Below are positions 52,084 through 64,000 of a stretch of DNA of 64,000 nucleotides, in pieces. The translations under genes were made by a program, and so were the position numbers. Location of the stretch: the NCBI GenBank assembly GCA_973895155.1, contig OZ316891.1, positions 2,657,324-2,721,323 of the forward strand, written 5' to 3'. The first letter of the stretch is position 1. Every line of letters starts with the position of its first letter. This stretch comes from Marsupella aquatica (taxonomy: Eukaryota > Plantae > Marchantiophyta). The notes beneath the pieces were generated by a model. It had not been told where the DNA came from. It saw only the letters and a program-made list of their open reading frames with translations, and searched no databases.

Positions 52084-54786
52084 TTGTTAGGCTAGTGATT
52101 AAGATAGTGCGATTATGTCATCCAAAAATGATTGTTTCAGAATTAATTGTCCTCTTACAATGATTCGAATAATTCAGCGTGCTTATGATTTTTCCTCGTT
52201 TCTCTGAAATGCACAGAATAAATAATGAACTGCTGAGACATTAATTTGAAGTAAATTTTGCAGTGTACTTGCGCTTATCCTAATGGCCTGGCAGTGGACT
52301 CTCAGTAGTCCAGTAGCGACAAAAACCACGAAACATTTAAATGGATTTGAAAGTTTTCATCAAAGATAATCCTTTATATCAATTTGCAGTACACCCAAGG
52401 TCATCAAATTAATTGCAATGCTGTACCGACCCCATAATAAAGAATCCTGACAACGGTTTAAGAGAGATTACCACACGCAGTTTTAGATGTACTGTGTCTT
52501 CAAGTGTTCAACGTTAATTTTCTAATTCCAAAGGATAATATTTATATTCTCGATATTCTTCAGAAGGTTTGCATTTAAATGACTTTTTTGTGGGTTTGAG
52601 TTGTGTTGTAGCACAAGTTAGAGCTTGGATGGAGTAGTCATTCTAGATGTGAAAGAGGAGATCTTAATATGTGTGGGTCCACTTTTAATGCAAATGACTT
52701 AAAATAGGAATGGACCAAGGGGTCAGAAAAAGAGACCTCTCACAGAGGTGGTCTAGAAAAATCTAGGACAAAAGAGTGAACCACATAAGCAAAAATTGGG
52801 CCCCACCCAATTCCATGTAGGATCGATAACAGGTTAGGTTGAAAGTGCCCCCCACATTTTGTAAAGTGAACAGCAGCAGTTCTCCCCAATGGATGGCCCT
52901 GATCAGATCCAGAGACCACACAAGTGGAAACTACCCCCAATGTCTTGTAAAGCCACCCTTATACCCACTTTGGGGATTCTCGGGATTTTTGTCTCTTTGA
53001 CTTTTACTGGAGCTTCCCTTGTTTTCCCCACTTAATTGGGTTTCTGCCTTAGGGATCCTTTTTGGTCTTCTTGGGTTTGAATTTGTTTTCCTCACTTCAT
53101 CAGGTCTCTTGCCTTTGGAATGCTACCTCCCAAAGGCAGACAGTGTATTGCACTTGATGCTGTTCACTTTATGATGTCCAGTTGGTAGGCAAACTTGCCT
53201 CAAAATCCAATTGCCTGGCTATTTCACTTATGTTCAATAACACTTCCATTCAACATTACTTACTATTGACAGTATTGTGCACTTCCACTCAACATTACAT
53301 ACTATTGTGCAGCACATGGACATTGGACTGGTATAAGGACTAGTAAACAATAATGTACATAGCTGGGATAATAGAGAGAACAACACTAGCAAGTGGGGAG
53401 GAATTCCAAACTGAGCCAGTAGCCAAAGAGCAGTCATAGAAGAAATTAGTTCAGTCTTCATGTAACCAAATGACTCTATTCATGGGCTTGGTAGATTGTA
53501 ACTTCATTGGGGGCATAACTTGTGGGGCCAAACTCACATATTGGTGAATCGTGTATGTTGTGGGAGCGAGGTCTATATTCAGCATAGCACAAGCAGGGCC
53601 GTCAGAATAAGTGTTCTGAACCAGTCACTCAATGATCTCATGAAAGATGCTAGCCATTAATTTTAACTACATGTGGAAGCAAATGGGGAAGATATCTAGA
53701 GGTCAATCATTCTGAAACAGCTCATATATACTTTTGGTTTATGAAAGGCATTGTGTCCATTTGTTCATACTTCATAGGGCCAGTTCCACAATCAGATGAT
53801 TGACTTTATCTCCGTGTGCTCACCAAAGAACTGGCAGTGTACTAGTGTAGACAGATTTGCAACAAGTCACTGCTTCGCCAATAAATTCCTCGGTACAAAA
53901 GTACTGTTTGTACTGTGCTTTCCAAATCCTATCCAGCAGTGACATTCATCGATGCCTTACAAAACAATTCATTCTATTCATCTATTGTATGATTTTCCTT
54001 CCTGTGTGTACCCTCATAATATCACCATAAATTCTTCACCTGTAAAAGCGGCTTTGGAAGAGCAAAAGGTTAGCTTTTAGAGAAAAAGTAGAGGTTGGGA
54101 ATAGTAATATGGACCATCTTGATTGCTGTCAGAAAACACTTGTATTTTTAGATGTCCTTGGCATTAGTTTGGAGAAATGCGCTTGGTGGGTCCTTGAGAG
54201 TGAAAAACATCCTTGGTGGGGTCACACTTTTGGAGTTTTTACTTGGTGGATCTTCAGTTGACTATACAATATAATAATCGATAGTTTCTCTGTGCAATCA
54301 ATGGAGACCAACTTCATGCATGCTTCGAGTAAGCAGATCGTCCTTTTTGTTGTTCTATCTCCACTAGTCTAGAGCACAAACATGAAGGACAATAGGAACT
54401 TGTTAGCCGCAACCGTAGTCCTACTGGAACCCAAAGCCCGCCATGAAGAGTAGTTAGGGCGGAAAAAACATGGGTGAGGGTGAAAATTTACAGAGTTATC
54501 AAAAACAATATTGATTTAAATTTAAAGTTATTTCCTATTGGATGTAGCTTGAGTGGTTTCCTCCTTGTTCAAGATTCTGGCTGGGAGCCATTAGGTCTGT
54601 GGTAAAAACCCACATAGAAGACATCTGAATTTTGGGCAGCCAGCTGTTCTTTCTGAATTTTTTCCTTTGTATGTGTGTACAAGGTTATGAGACATTACCC
54701 CTGGGTAAAGTCAGTGAACCCTTGGGCCAGCCTGGCCTGGGGATTATGAAATTTGAATGAGAAATAGAATAAAGTCCTGATCAGAC

Positions 54787-55044
54787 TTTCCTATGTAAAA
54801 CTGAACTAAATGCTGTGTAAAGGTTCACTGTTCACTCAGGCTTTACTCTCCATAACTCATGCCCACTTGGGGTTTTCCTATGTAAAACTGAACTAAATGC
54901 TAAATGCTGTGTAAAGGTTCACTGTTCACTCAGGCTTTACTCTCCATAACTCATGCCCACTTGGGGTTTTCCTATGTAAAACTGAACTAAATGCTCTGGA
55001 AAAGTTCACTCAGGCTTTAGGCTCCATAACTCATGCCCACTTGG
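54787..55044. repeat. Young tandem triplication (87-, 94- and ~77-bp units)
   Basis: TTTCCTATGTAAAACTGAACTAAATGCT...GTTCACTCAGGCTTTA..CTCCATAACTCATGCCCACTTGGG three times, nearly identical. Confidence 0.95.
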
Positions 55045-55249
55045 GAATAATGTCTGTAACCCCGGGCTCAGAGCCATCTAGGATTACAACTCATAATACC
55101 CCCTCTTGGGGTTACCCATCCCCCAAGAAACATTTGTATTATATTTGGGCACTATGAAGCAAATAAGTTACCCTATTTAGAGTGGGAAACCGTGAGGAGA
55201 ACCCTATTCCCGCTACCGGTTACATATATAGCAGGTGGAGATGAAGGGG

Positions 55250-55800
55250 ACAGAAACTTGTGGTGGAGCAACATTTGCTACAGAAGATATATCCCAATCA
55301 AAGAAACAATCACATGTGATGCCACACAAAAGAATTACAAGATCTTCGCTTATATTCATTGTGTAGCACATAGTTTCCATATCAAACTTGCCTTCTGTCC
55401 ATGACCACTCAGGCCGAGTGGTCTCAACTCTCAAGCTCCCATTGCTTCAAGAAAAGCTCAATGTTTGAACTCCGCATTGCAACAATCCTTCCGGACCCCT
55501 CAAAACTGTGCCCGCAAAGCCTGTCTTCACCTCCCCGAATGATCAAGGAAAAACTCTCCAGCTGCTGCAATCATGCACCCAAGATCGCTGCAGAGTTGCT
55601 CCAGCGCTGCGGGTTGATGCAATCCTTCAGAACAAACTTGGGTACATGCAGAGTCGCTACAAACTACGAGGTGCGGCCAAAATCCTTCAGAAGAAATGCA
55701 AATGGTGACAGGAGTTTAGGGTTTGGGGGAAAGTGTCGCAACAGGATTCATGTAGAAAAATTCGAGTTCATTCTGTGGACCATGTATTGGTTGAGGATCA
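55250..55800 (+). mobile_element. Possible decayed hAT-superfamily transposase fragment
   Basis: Remnants in the expected order across frames: KLV..FATE, ATQK..YIHCVAH, NHAPK, YEVR..S. These resemble the KLV.F.TDGA, HC.AH, F.HSPKR and RW.S motifs of hAT (ZNF862-like) transposases. Confidence 0.45.
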
Positions 55801-58800
55801 CTTTGCAACGGGGTTGCTGCAGCAGTCCCACGAGTAGACCGTAAACGCCAAGGGGCTCCACAGGGTGCTAAGGACAAGCCCAGAACCTTTTCAAAGCTTG
55901 AGCCGGAAAGGTTTGTTTTTTCCCGCAGGACCCCATCAAGTCTTTCATTGCTTTCAATCCTTCTCGTCCCAAGTCAATATACACTTATCAGATTCATTAC
56001 TGCAAAATCAAGCTGCTGGTAATAAGTGCATTTAGTCAGGAGGTGTTAATAACTTGTCTTTACACGAGTATTACATGGACACACATTTACTGAGATCCTA
56101 ATGGTGTGTGGTCATTAGTGTCACAGCTTGATTTCTTACAGACTAATGAACACGAGCACTGCATGCGTAAACATTTAGTGTGTTACTGATGGCTGTACTT
56201 CAGCATACGTGGATCGATTTCAAATTATTCCTGCACCAACCTGCCATCTTCAAAAGGAGTTGGGAAGTTGGGGACTTGGGGCCCGGCAATTGTTCTTGAG
56301 CTCCGATCCTTTAGCCTCATTAAATCCCCTGCTTTTACGAACCCCAGAATCACGACACGGTTTGTTTGGGTCTCTGCAATTTTTCTTTGAGTGATGAAAG
56401 GCTCCCTTAGTAGAGCTGCTTTGCCTCGAGGGAATTCAGAACGCATCTCCGAGGATATCTGTGTCAGCGAGACAGTAGGCAGGTTTGGCGGGTACTAGGC
56501 TGTGCTATCCAAATCTGTTACACTACCAAGTGCGAATAATTTGAGATTTTTTAAGTTCCCCAATGCGCAGCGATGAGTAGAACTCAGTCTCGGTTGCAAG
56601 GAGCCTCCAACAGATGTGGCATCCTTCTGCCATTCGTCTAGTGTCATAGGTCAACAAGCTCAGTAAGTCAGTAGGTTAAAGTGATCCTTAAGTATTTTCT
56701 GGCATTGAATGTCATGTCGCATGCCCCGAATGTTTGGTTTGTGTCCAAATCACTCTGGACTGCCGCCAAACTCAAGTCAGAGATGGAAAACTAAGTGAGC
56801 CCACCTTGTGGCTCGTTGTGTCTTAGAATGGGACACGTCACATCGATGCCTCTGGCCGAAAGCCCGGCCGAAAGTTGCTCAGTTGATAGGTGCACATCAT
56901 CACCATATTATTGTGCGAGTATGTGGAGGGGGAATGGATTCTAGCACTCGTGTAGTCGCCCCAGGAACAATTGGTCCTCGTAGAACCAACGTTTCTGAGT
57001 ACTCGAAACATAAAAGCACGAACCCATAAGAAAGCCAGCAATCAATCAAATGAATTCTCGTTGAGAACTTTGCCGTGCGTAAATGTCTAGTGACCTGGAG
57101 CGCCTTTAGGCCCGTTGTTAAATCGTAGCCAGGCAGGGGCAATTGAAGCTGCCAACGAGTCTTAATTCTGGTGAGTCAGCGCGAAATGTGTCTTCATACA
57201 AGATGCCAAGTACATCCTAGACCTACCTGATGAAGCTTTGAACTGTGGCAACAGACTTAACCATGATAGAGTGGCTGCCAACGGTGATCTCAGGTAGTTA
57301 TCCTCTACACCTAGACCAATACTGTCTAGCCTTGAACTAGAAATTGAAGACAAAGGGAAGCACTGACTGCTTTCTGGTCAGACTCTTACTTACTACGGGA
57401 GGAAGTAGTTCGACCTCAGTTGTTGCAAGTTTAAGGAACAGCCTTCATTGCCATTCGACCGAGCTAGCCATGTGAACAACAGCCAGCTAGATACAACTTC
57501 ATGATTGCATGTTTCTGTATATTGCACAGAGAATGGTTCGCTGGCACTCAAGTACGAAAATTCAATCGTGATCAGAGCTCATCTATGAAAGTGAAGGGAG
57601 CCTGCAATAGATAATTTGATGCAGGGACTTATAAACACTGTACATCTACTACAATCAGGAGGAGAACATACGTTGACAATACTTCAAAAACCTTGGAATT
57701 TTCTATTCCACATAGTATGACCTTCGCCTTTCTGGTGCAGCCTTGAAATTATGAAATCTTCATGGAGTTATGCGCTGCAGTACCTACAGTACAATTATGT
57801 AGCAAAGGAATAATTTGAGGTTGGGTCGCACATAAGTCCATGCTTCGGTTCTGTACTTACAGAAATGGGCCACAATTTGTTCGCACTTGTCTAAATTCAG
57901 GGACAATTGAGCATTTTAAGGGTCTTAATGTAAATACGATGTAAGAAAGGAAACAATGTAAATCTCGAAAACAGAAGACTTGTCTTCTGTAGTTTTCGCC
58001 AGTTGGTTTGCAGTATATTTTCCAGCCTTTGCTTCATCCAGCGCTCAAGCGGGCGATGAAGATGTAGACGGGACCGCAATTCCAAGCGTTTGTGCATGAA
58101 CCTGTCTGTCTAGCAGTGGTATGAATGCTTGATTCGTTGACTAAAAATTTCATTCCAGGTTACACGAGGCCTGTCCAGGCACAATCATGACCATTGAAGA
58201 CGAGGTGAGTGACATAATGGAATTCTCATTTCGATACGGATTTTACTCCTTCTGACAGATTGATAAATCAGAAACGATAATCTTCAATCTAGCTTGACGT
58301 CTCTGAGTGCTCAGCCTATGTGCATATCGCCTTTTGATTGATTAGTCACTTTGCATCAATGGTCTTGCCCTGCGCATATATACGCACCATTGTTGCAGCT
58401 GGCATTCTGCCAGGGGCACAGCGCGGCAAGTAGGTGGCAAGGAGTGCACTCATTATGTTCTCGCTGGTTCAGTTCAGCTTTTCAAATTACCCAAACTGAG
58501 GTTGTTGCTACCTAGCTACAGACTGTACATAGTTACACTCGCGTTCGTCTCGATCCTGGGACCGGATACGTATGGCCTCGGTGGAGAGAATGGACTCATT
58601 GGTCAATGGAGTGCAATAGTACATGGACGGAAACCTCAGGCTTAGACTATGAACTCCAGTTTGTCTCGATTACTGAAAGAATAATGCCACAAACAGTAGT
58701 CCCAGACTACCAGCCCATGTCTCTTGCTTCGAGGGGGGATCCAGTAATACCACTAGATTCTTTTTCAACGTGGGAACGCATGCTGTCTCCGAACTGACAG

Positions 58801-61172
58801 TCGGTTTTAGTCCAATAAAACAGTTGCCATAGTCTGATTGAAAACTGACCGTCAATTTCAATCCAATAAAACAGTGCGTTGCCATAGCTTGCGCGGGCTG
58901 ATCTTCCATGTCTTGGGTGGCTGTTTGACACTGCACTCCTAAGTAAATTGATTATTTAAATGGGAAAACATGAGTTACGAGTTACACATATATGTGAAGC
59001 AACAATTAGAGGTTCTGACTGTCTGCTCTAATTAAGATCAACAGTGCAGGTTCGTTTTCTGTTCGTATATAACGCCAGACCTTCGATCTGGAGAACCTGG
59101 GTACAGTCCATCTCGGATAATTTATGGTGGTGTCTTGTTTTCTCATGTTCCTCGGACGAGATTTTCATGTTGGGCCAGATAATTTAACTCTAGAGGCGAG
59201 TAAGGACGGTGTGACTAGTTGTCATCCAATACTGTACTGTACTCATTAGTGTGTAGACTTTCGCGCCACTGATTGATCAGACATTGACCGTGACCACACA
59301 GACTAATTAGGCTGCCGCCCTCCTCTAGCTAGGTGCAGGCATTGTGAAAGTCGGGCGAATGTGCTCCAAAAATTTTGCGGTCTCTGTTTTCATTGGCTGT
59401 CTTCATAGTCTGCCAGGACGGTTGGAAGTCAATCAGGTGTCAACTTTTCTGCCTCCTAGGAATAGGATTGACCCCGTAATCATACCCCTTCCCCCTTCCC
59501 CCTTCCCTTGAACTATGATGCGTTTTCTTCGAAGTTTACCCAGTTTTATTATTTTTAAGGCTGTGAAACTTGCATTCGGAACATTCACTGGCATCACCAG
59601 TAAGTGTTTCGTAAATCGCAGAATCGTATATACGAAATCACAATGCATGTACTCACAAAAAGCAAGCTTATCCACGTGTACGATAGGAACTAGGGACCTG
59701 CTGCTGCTGTCTCGCTGTCTCGTTTCATTGGCGCGTAGTACTTTTCATCTGGCGGTGACTGGTTCGTTCGGTTGATCGAGGACACGCCTTCAGGAGGAAC
59801 CTTGGGACTCTCAGTGGCTCCTCGGTCCAAATCTCCGAGTGACGGTATCTCGACAGTTGCAAGACAGATAACTATGGTTGTTAGAAACGCTCCAGCAATC
59901 TGGGCCGCTGCGAACCTATGTGGTGTCCTCGATCTGCAGATGTATTGGTAGAGCTAGCTAGAGCTGTGTACGAAGCTTGATTACGGTTGACTTCAAGGAA
60001 TCTCTCTAGCGTGGATAGCGCCTGTTACAAAATGTTGTCCTTTAGGAGAAATAAGTTCATTTGTATCCATTGTTAGACATGAATCCCAAGCGGACGCATG
60101 CAGAGTAAATATACGTCGGTTCTTCTAATTACCGAGGACGCACGAAAGTGTGTAATCAATTGGAGAAATCTTGCGAAGGAGTTCAATTACAGTTCACAAA
60201 TTATGGAGGCTGAAATTTTACCTTTTGCAGAGCTGACGAGTTGAAGACATGATCGATGGAAGTATTCAGCTCCCCTTGCTGAATAGCTCGCAGCCAACAT
60301 TTATGAATGGAGGCGTCTGTCATTCAGGAGATTGCATTTGTCAAACTTTATTACCGTAGACTAGGCTAGAGCCCGGCCTGCAAGGAAATGAAAAGACAAG
60401 CACTCACTAGGATTAATGATCACACGACCCTTCAGTCCTTCGTTGCCTAGCTCAGAGCATTAATCATCGGGAATCATACACGATGCATGCACAGTGGAGG
60501 ACATCTTGGCAATTGGCAGTGCAGCCAGCCATTTGCATCGTTCATTCGTTCGTCAATCCATCGAAAAAAGTCTGCATTCAATGTGCTCAGCCTTTTCTTT
60601 CGTTTCCCCTCCCAACAGTTAAGCTATAGATACCTGGGCTCTTTTTTTCCAGATTTGTGCATTCGAAATTTCGAACATTACACTAGCAGACATATCTAAA
60701 TCGTTGATGCCTTAATGGTTGCATAGCTGACAGCAAAAGTCATCGATTCAAGTGGGTTTCGTCTCGACTATCATATTTATTTACACTACAATATTCGAGC
60801 CAAATGAGCTGTACATGGAAGGCGTCTTGGGTCATGGTGTCCTGGCGTATATGCTACCAGTCGTTTGATTATAGTTCTATCTATATTTATCTATGGTACA
60901 GTTTCTGGTTTGTCAATGGCAGTGACCACCCACTGAAACATTAATTCATACTCAGAGTCCAAAGCCTGCCACCTGACCTACTATTCTAGTGGGTACCAGC
61001 CATTTTCTGGAAATTTACGCCTAAATTTTACCTGGAAAATGCTGTGAATATAAAGAAAGACGCTCTGATTTTTCCCCTTCCATCCCCTAAATCATTACCT
61101 TGGTATTTCAGTTTGCTGCCCAATAGGGTTAGGGTGTTTGTAGTTTGGGCTCTCTTGTGCTAATGTTAGTCC

Positions 61173-62368
61173 AGGTATATGCTTGATGTGACCCTTGCCA
61201 AAACAAATGTCCGTGATAGTCCCAACTTTTGTTTACAAACTAAGGGCCCCAGGAAAATGCTTCCAAACATTTGTTACAAACGAAGGGCCCCAGAAAAATG
61301 CTGTTACAAACTAGGCCCCCTAAGTAGCTTCCAAACACATGTTTCTTATGTGATACCTAATTGCATGGACCATACATTTCCCACCTCACTCCATCGTGCA
61401 CCTCGCCACAGTCCACTGTGTGTATCTCTATGCTTGAATTATGTCTTCACATCATTATAGAGTTTGAGGGGATCCGTTGCTACATGATAGCGGATTTGTA
61501 CAACATTTAGTCTAGTTCTTGGAGGCTAGCTAAATTTTCCCGTTAGGATTAACTCTATGTTGTCTTTGTTTCACACTTAGGCAATGTTTGAAAGTTGCAA
61601 CAAAAAAGAACAGCCAAAAGTAAAAGATCCTTGGTTCCTTCCATACTTAGAAAAATTTGGGGTTTAATGTGAGATCCACACTTGGACAAAAAAAACACCA
61701 ATGTGAACCCTATTGCAACAACGTAGGTGTTGAGCATAGACAACAATCGTAACGGCAAGCCCCATGAACCATCCAACGCACAAAAGTCGACACAGAGAAA
61801 TACGTGGTTCACCTCCACATGAGGCTACGTTCAGAGGAACACACAAGAGCTTTACTGTACTCTAGGCCGACCGGCCATACCAAACATCCACAGCACAAGC
61901 TCTCCCTATCTCTCAACTAGCTCCGTAACAATGAGCCTAAGTTCCCACTCTCCAAGCAAACACCACTTGGTTATAGAGTGTGCACAACATGACTAACCTA
62001 ACCAAGTCTGTGATAAGGTTAGCCCTTAATTACGGTACAGTTGTTACTCTAGACCTAAGAGTAAATCCTAACAATAGGGATATCATGACCAACATAGGCT
62101 TCATTCCACACCAATGTGAACTGTAGGGATATCATGACCAACATAGGATTCATTCCACACTTAGACAAAAACAAAACAAAAAAAATGTCAAAATATCAAG
62201 CAAACCGTGTGCATAAGTTGCGTGAAGCAACTTAAAGACTGAACTTTACAAGAACATCCACCACAAAAGTGTCAAAGGGGGCCTAGTTTGTAACAAAAGT
62301 TTCATAAGGGACTATCAAGGGACTATCATGTAAATTTGTTTTGGTAGGGGTCCATCAAGCATATACCT
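61173..62368. mobile_element. Non-autonomous DNA transposon with long TIRs (~90 bp), containing a nested solo LTR
   Basis: Left AGGTATATGCTTGATGTGACCCTTGCCAAAACAAATGTCCGTGATAGTCCC versus reverse complement of right AGGTATATGCTTGATGGACCCCTACCAAAACAAATTTACATGATAGTCCC, continuing into TGTTACAAACTAGGCCCC. No clean TSD found. Confidence 0.8.
61728..62073 (-). mobile_element. Solo LTR, 346 bp
   Basis: Reverse-complement homolog of 41071-41414 over its full length; TGTT/AACA ends; flanks GTAGG/ATAGG are a 4/5 TSD match. Confidence 0.9.
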
Positions 62369-64000
62369 CGTGGAGTGGAGGGCTGCCCCCTTGGAAAGAA
62401 AACAATCATTCCCTGCCCACCCCAGCCTAGCTGTGAACGTTGGAGTGCGCAGACCAAGGCATGGTGAGATTCAAAAAATGGGCCCGGTTAGATTTGCTTC
62501 CGACCATGCCAACAGCAAACCGGTGGGAGTGCTCTTAATTAGTAGCCAGATCCAGCAGTTGTCTGTAAATATAGTGAAATTGAAGAACTCACATGCACAT
62601 ATACTTTCATGACTATACTTAGCAAGCAAGGAGCCAACTGAAGCTTTTCTCATTGTGAGTTCCATGGCGTACTCTGACGCCCCCCCCACAGTACCAGAAT
62701 TCTTTTGAAATCATTGGAGCCAACTGCAAACTTTGAAAGCTTGAGGGTTTCCCTAATGGCTCGCCAAAGCTATCCCAAAACTCTTTTTGCCCCTGTTTAA
62801 TTGAGGGCAATGGCTAGCATATATGGAAGTGGTGGACTAGCCCCTTGGGCTTCAAATGTGACCAACGATGTGGGAGATTTGGGAGCCAGGTATTGCAAAT
62901 GGGGTACAGCCTAGTAGCATGGAATAGTGGTTTTTATTATTTAAGATCATAATTAAATTTGTAATGATCTCAATCATTAAGTCCTGCATTAAGTTCAAAG
63001 AATGCTGTTAAGGGAGGAAGAATTGAAATCCTCCTAGTTTCCTTGTGGGGGATCTATCCCAAAACACTCAGGCAACGGATCCCCTGCAAGGAAAACCTGG
63101 GAGGCGTCTGATGGGATTGAACAATATTATACTGGTCAAGAGAATTGAACTTTACATAACTATGACATCAACAGTTGGGGAATGGAGCCAACTCAACGAG
63201 AATCTTTGTCACTTAATGCAAGAGTTGGCGAAACGTAAAGGAAGCTTCTGAGGAGATTCCAAAAGAATTACCAACCTACCCCACATGCAACAACCCCCCC
63301 CTGCCCCCCCTGGTAAAAGAAAAATGAAAGAAAATCCCCTGGTTTACTAGCCAGACAGACACTAGCAACAAGAGTCAAACCAGAAGACTATATAAATATA
63401 AAACAAACACTAGCAACAAGGGTCAAACAGGAGACAGGATGCCAAGAAGACCCAAGAAAGGGAAAAAAATTAGGAGAATCCCAGGAAAACAGACGAGCCC
63501 AAATGCCCAAGAGTCCCAACAACACAAAAGAACTAAAGCCCTGGCCTACTGAGCAGCAAAGTGAAAAACCATAGAACCGAAGTGAAAACCCTGGTAGAGC
63601 TCTAAGAAAACTAGTAGAGCTGGTTAGTAAGCTGGATAGGAGTGTACGCACACGAGAAATTTGACTTGTGTCACTAAAACAAAGGGCCAAAATGTCCAAT
63701 ACCCTTTAGATTGATTCAAAGGGTTGGTCAAAGGCTTCCCAACCGTTCATAACATGTTCCTTACTGTTTAGATTGACTAAACTGGTGCTCACTGACCTCA
63801 CTGATCAATGCACTGAGAACCCTGCAGTACATGTTTTGTCCTTAGCCAAACGCGTTTCACAGTGCTGACTAAAAAGGCGTCAAAATGCAGGAAAAATAAT
63901 ATATACTGGCCCACCTACTTTGGGAAGTAAGTCGGTCACTTGGTCAATTTGTGAGCTATTCGGCATCGATCTTTGCTAAGACAGAGAGAGTACGTATGCC

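Noticed and set aside
53930-53960. Minus-strand peptide GIDECHC resembling a DExH helicase motif II
   Set aside because: Isolated, flanked by stops, with no motif I or other helicase motifs nearby.
63044-63285. TGTGGGG...CCCCACA bounded segment as a solo LTR
   Set aside because: Flanks TTCCT/TGCAA do not form a TSD, and there is no second copy in the window.

Overview
Eukaryotic land-plant genomic DNA (inferred bryophyte/liverwort-like; not provable from sequence alone). Five intron-containing genes could be spliced by hand into uninterrupted reading frames: PEX7 (+, 8 exons, 317 aa), RanBP1 (-, 4 exons, 252 aa), SF3A2/SAP62 (-, 7 exons, 378 aa), a PMI1/PMIR-family NT-C2 protein with a LysM-like C-terminus (+, 2 exons, 1577 aa) and ribophorin II/RPN2 (+, 19 exons, 698 aa). 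The intergenic DNA holds three related ~340-bp solo LTRs, a tRNA-derived SINE, two fold-back MITEs, a long-TIR non-autonomous element with a nested solo LTR, a decayed NB-ARC gene, a probable hAT transposase relic, a CpG-depleted duplicate of the RPN2 promoter/5' end, and many tandem arrays. I found no CRISPR, rRNA or intact tRNA, and no convincing wholly new multi-gene system. The best leads are the LysM-like tail of the PMIR protein, the NB-ARC relic, the SINE and solo-LTR families, and the decayed RPN2 promoter copy.
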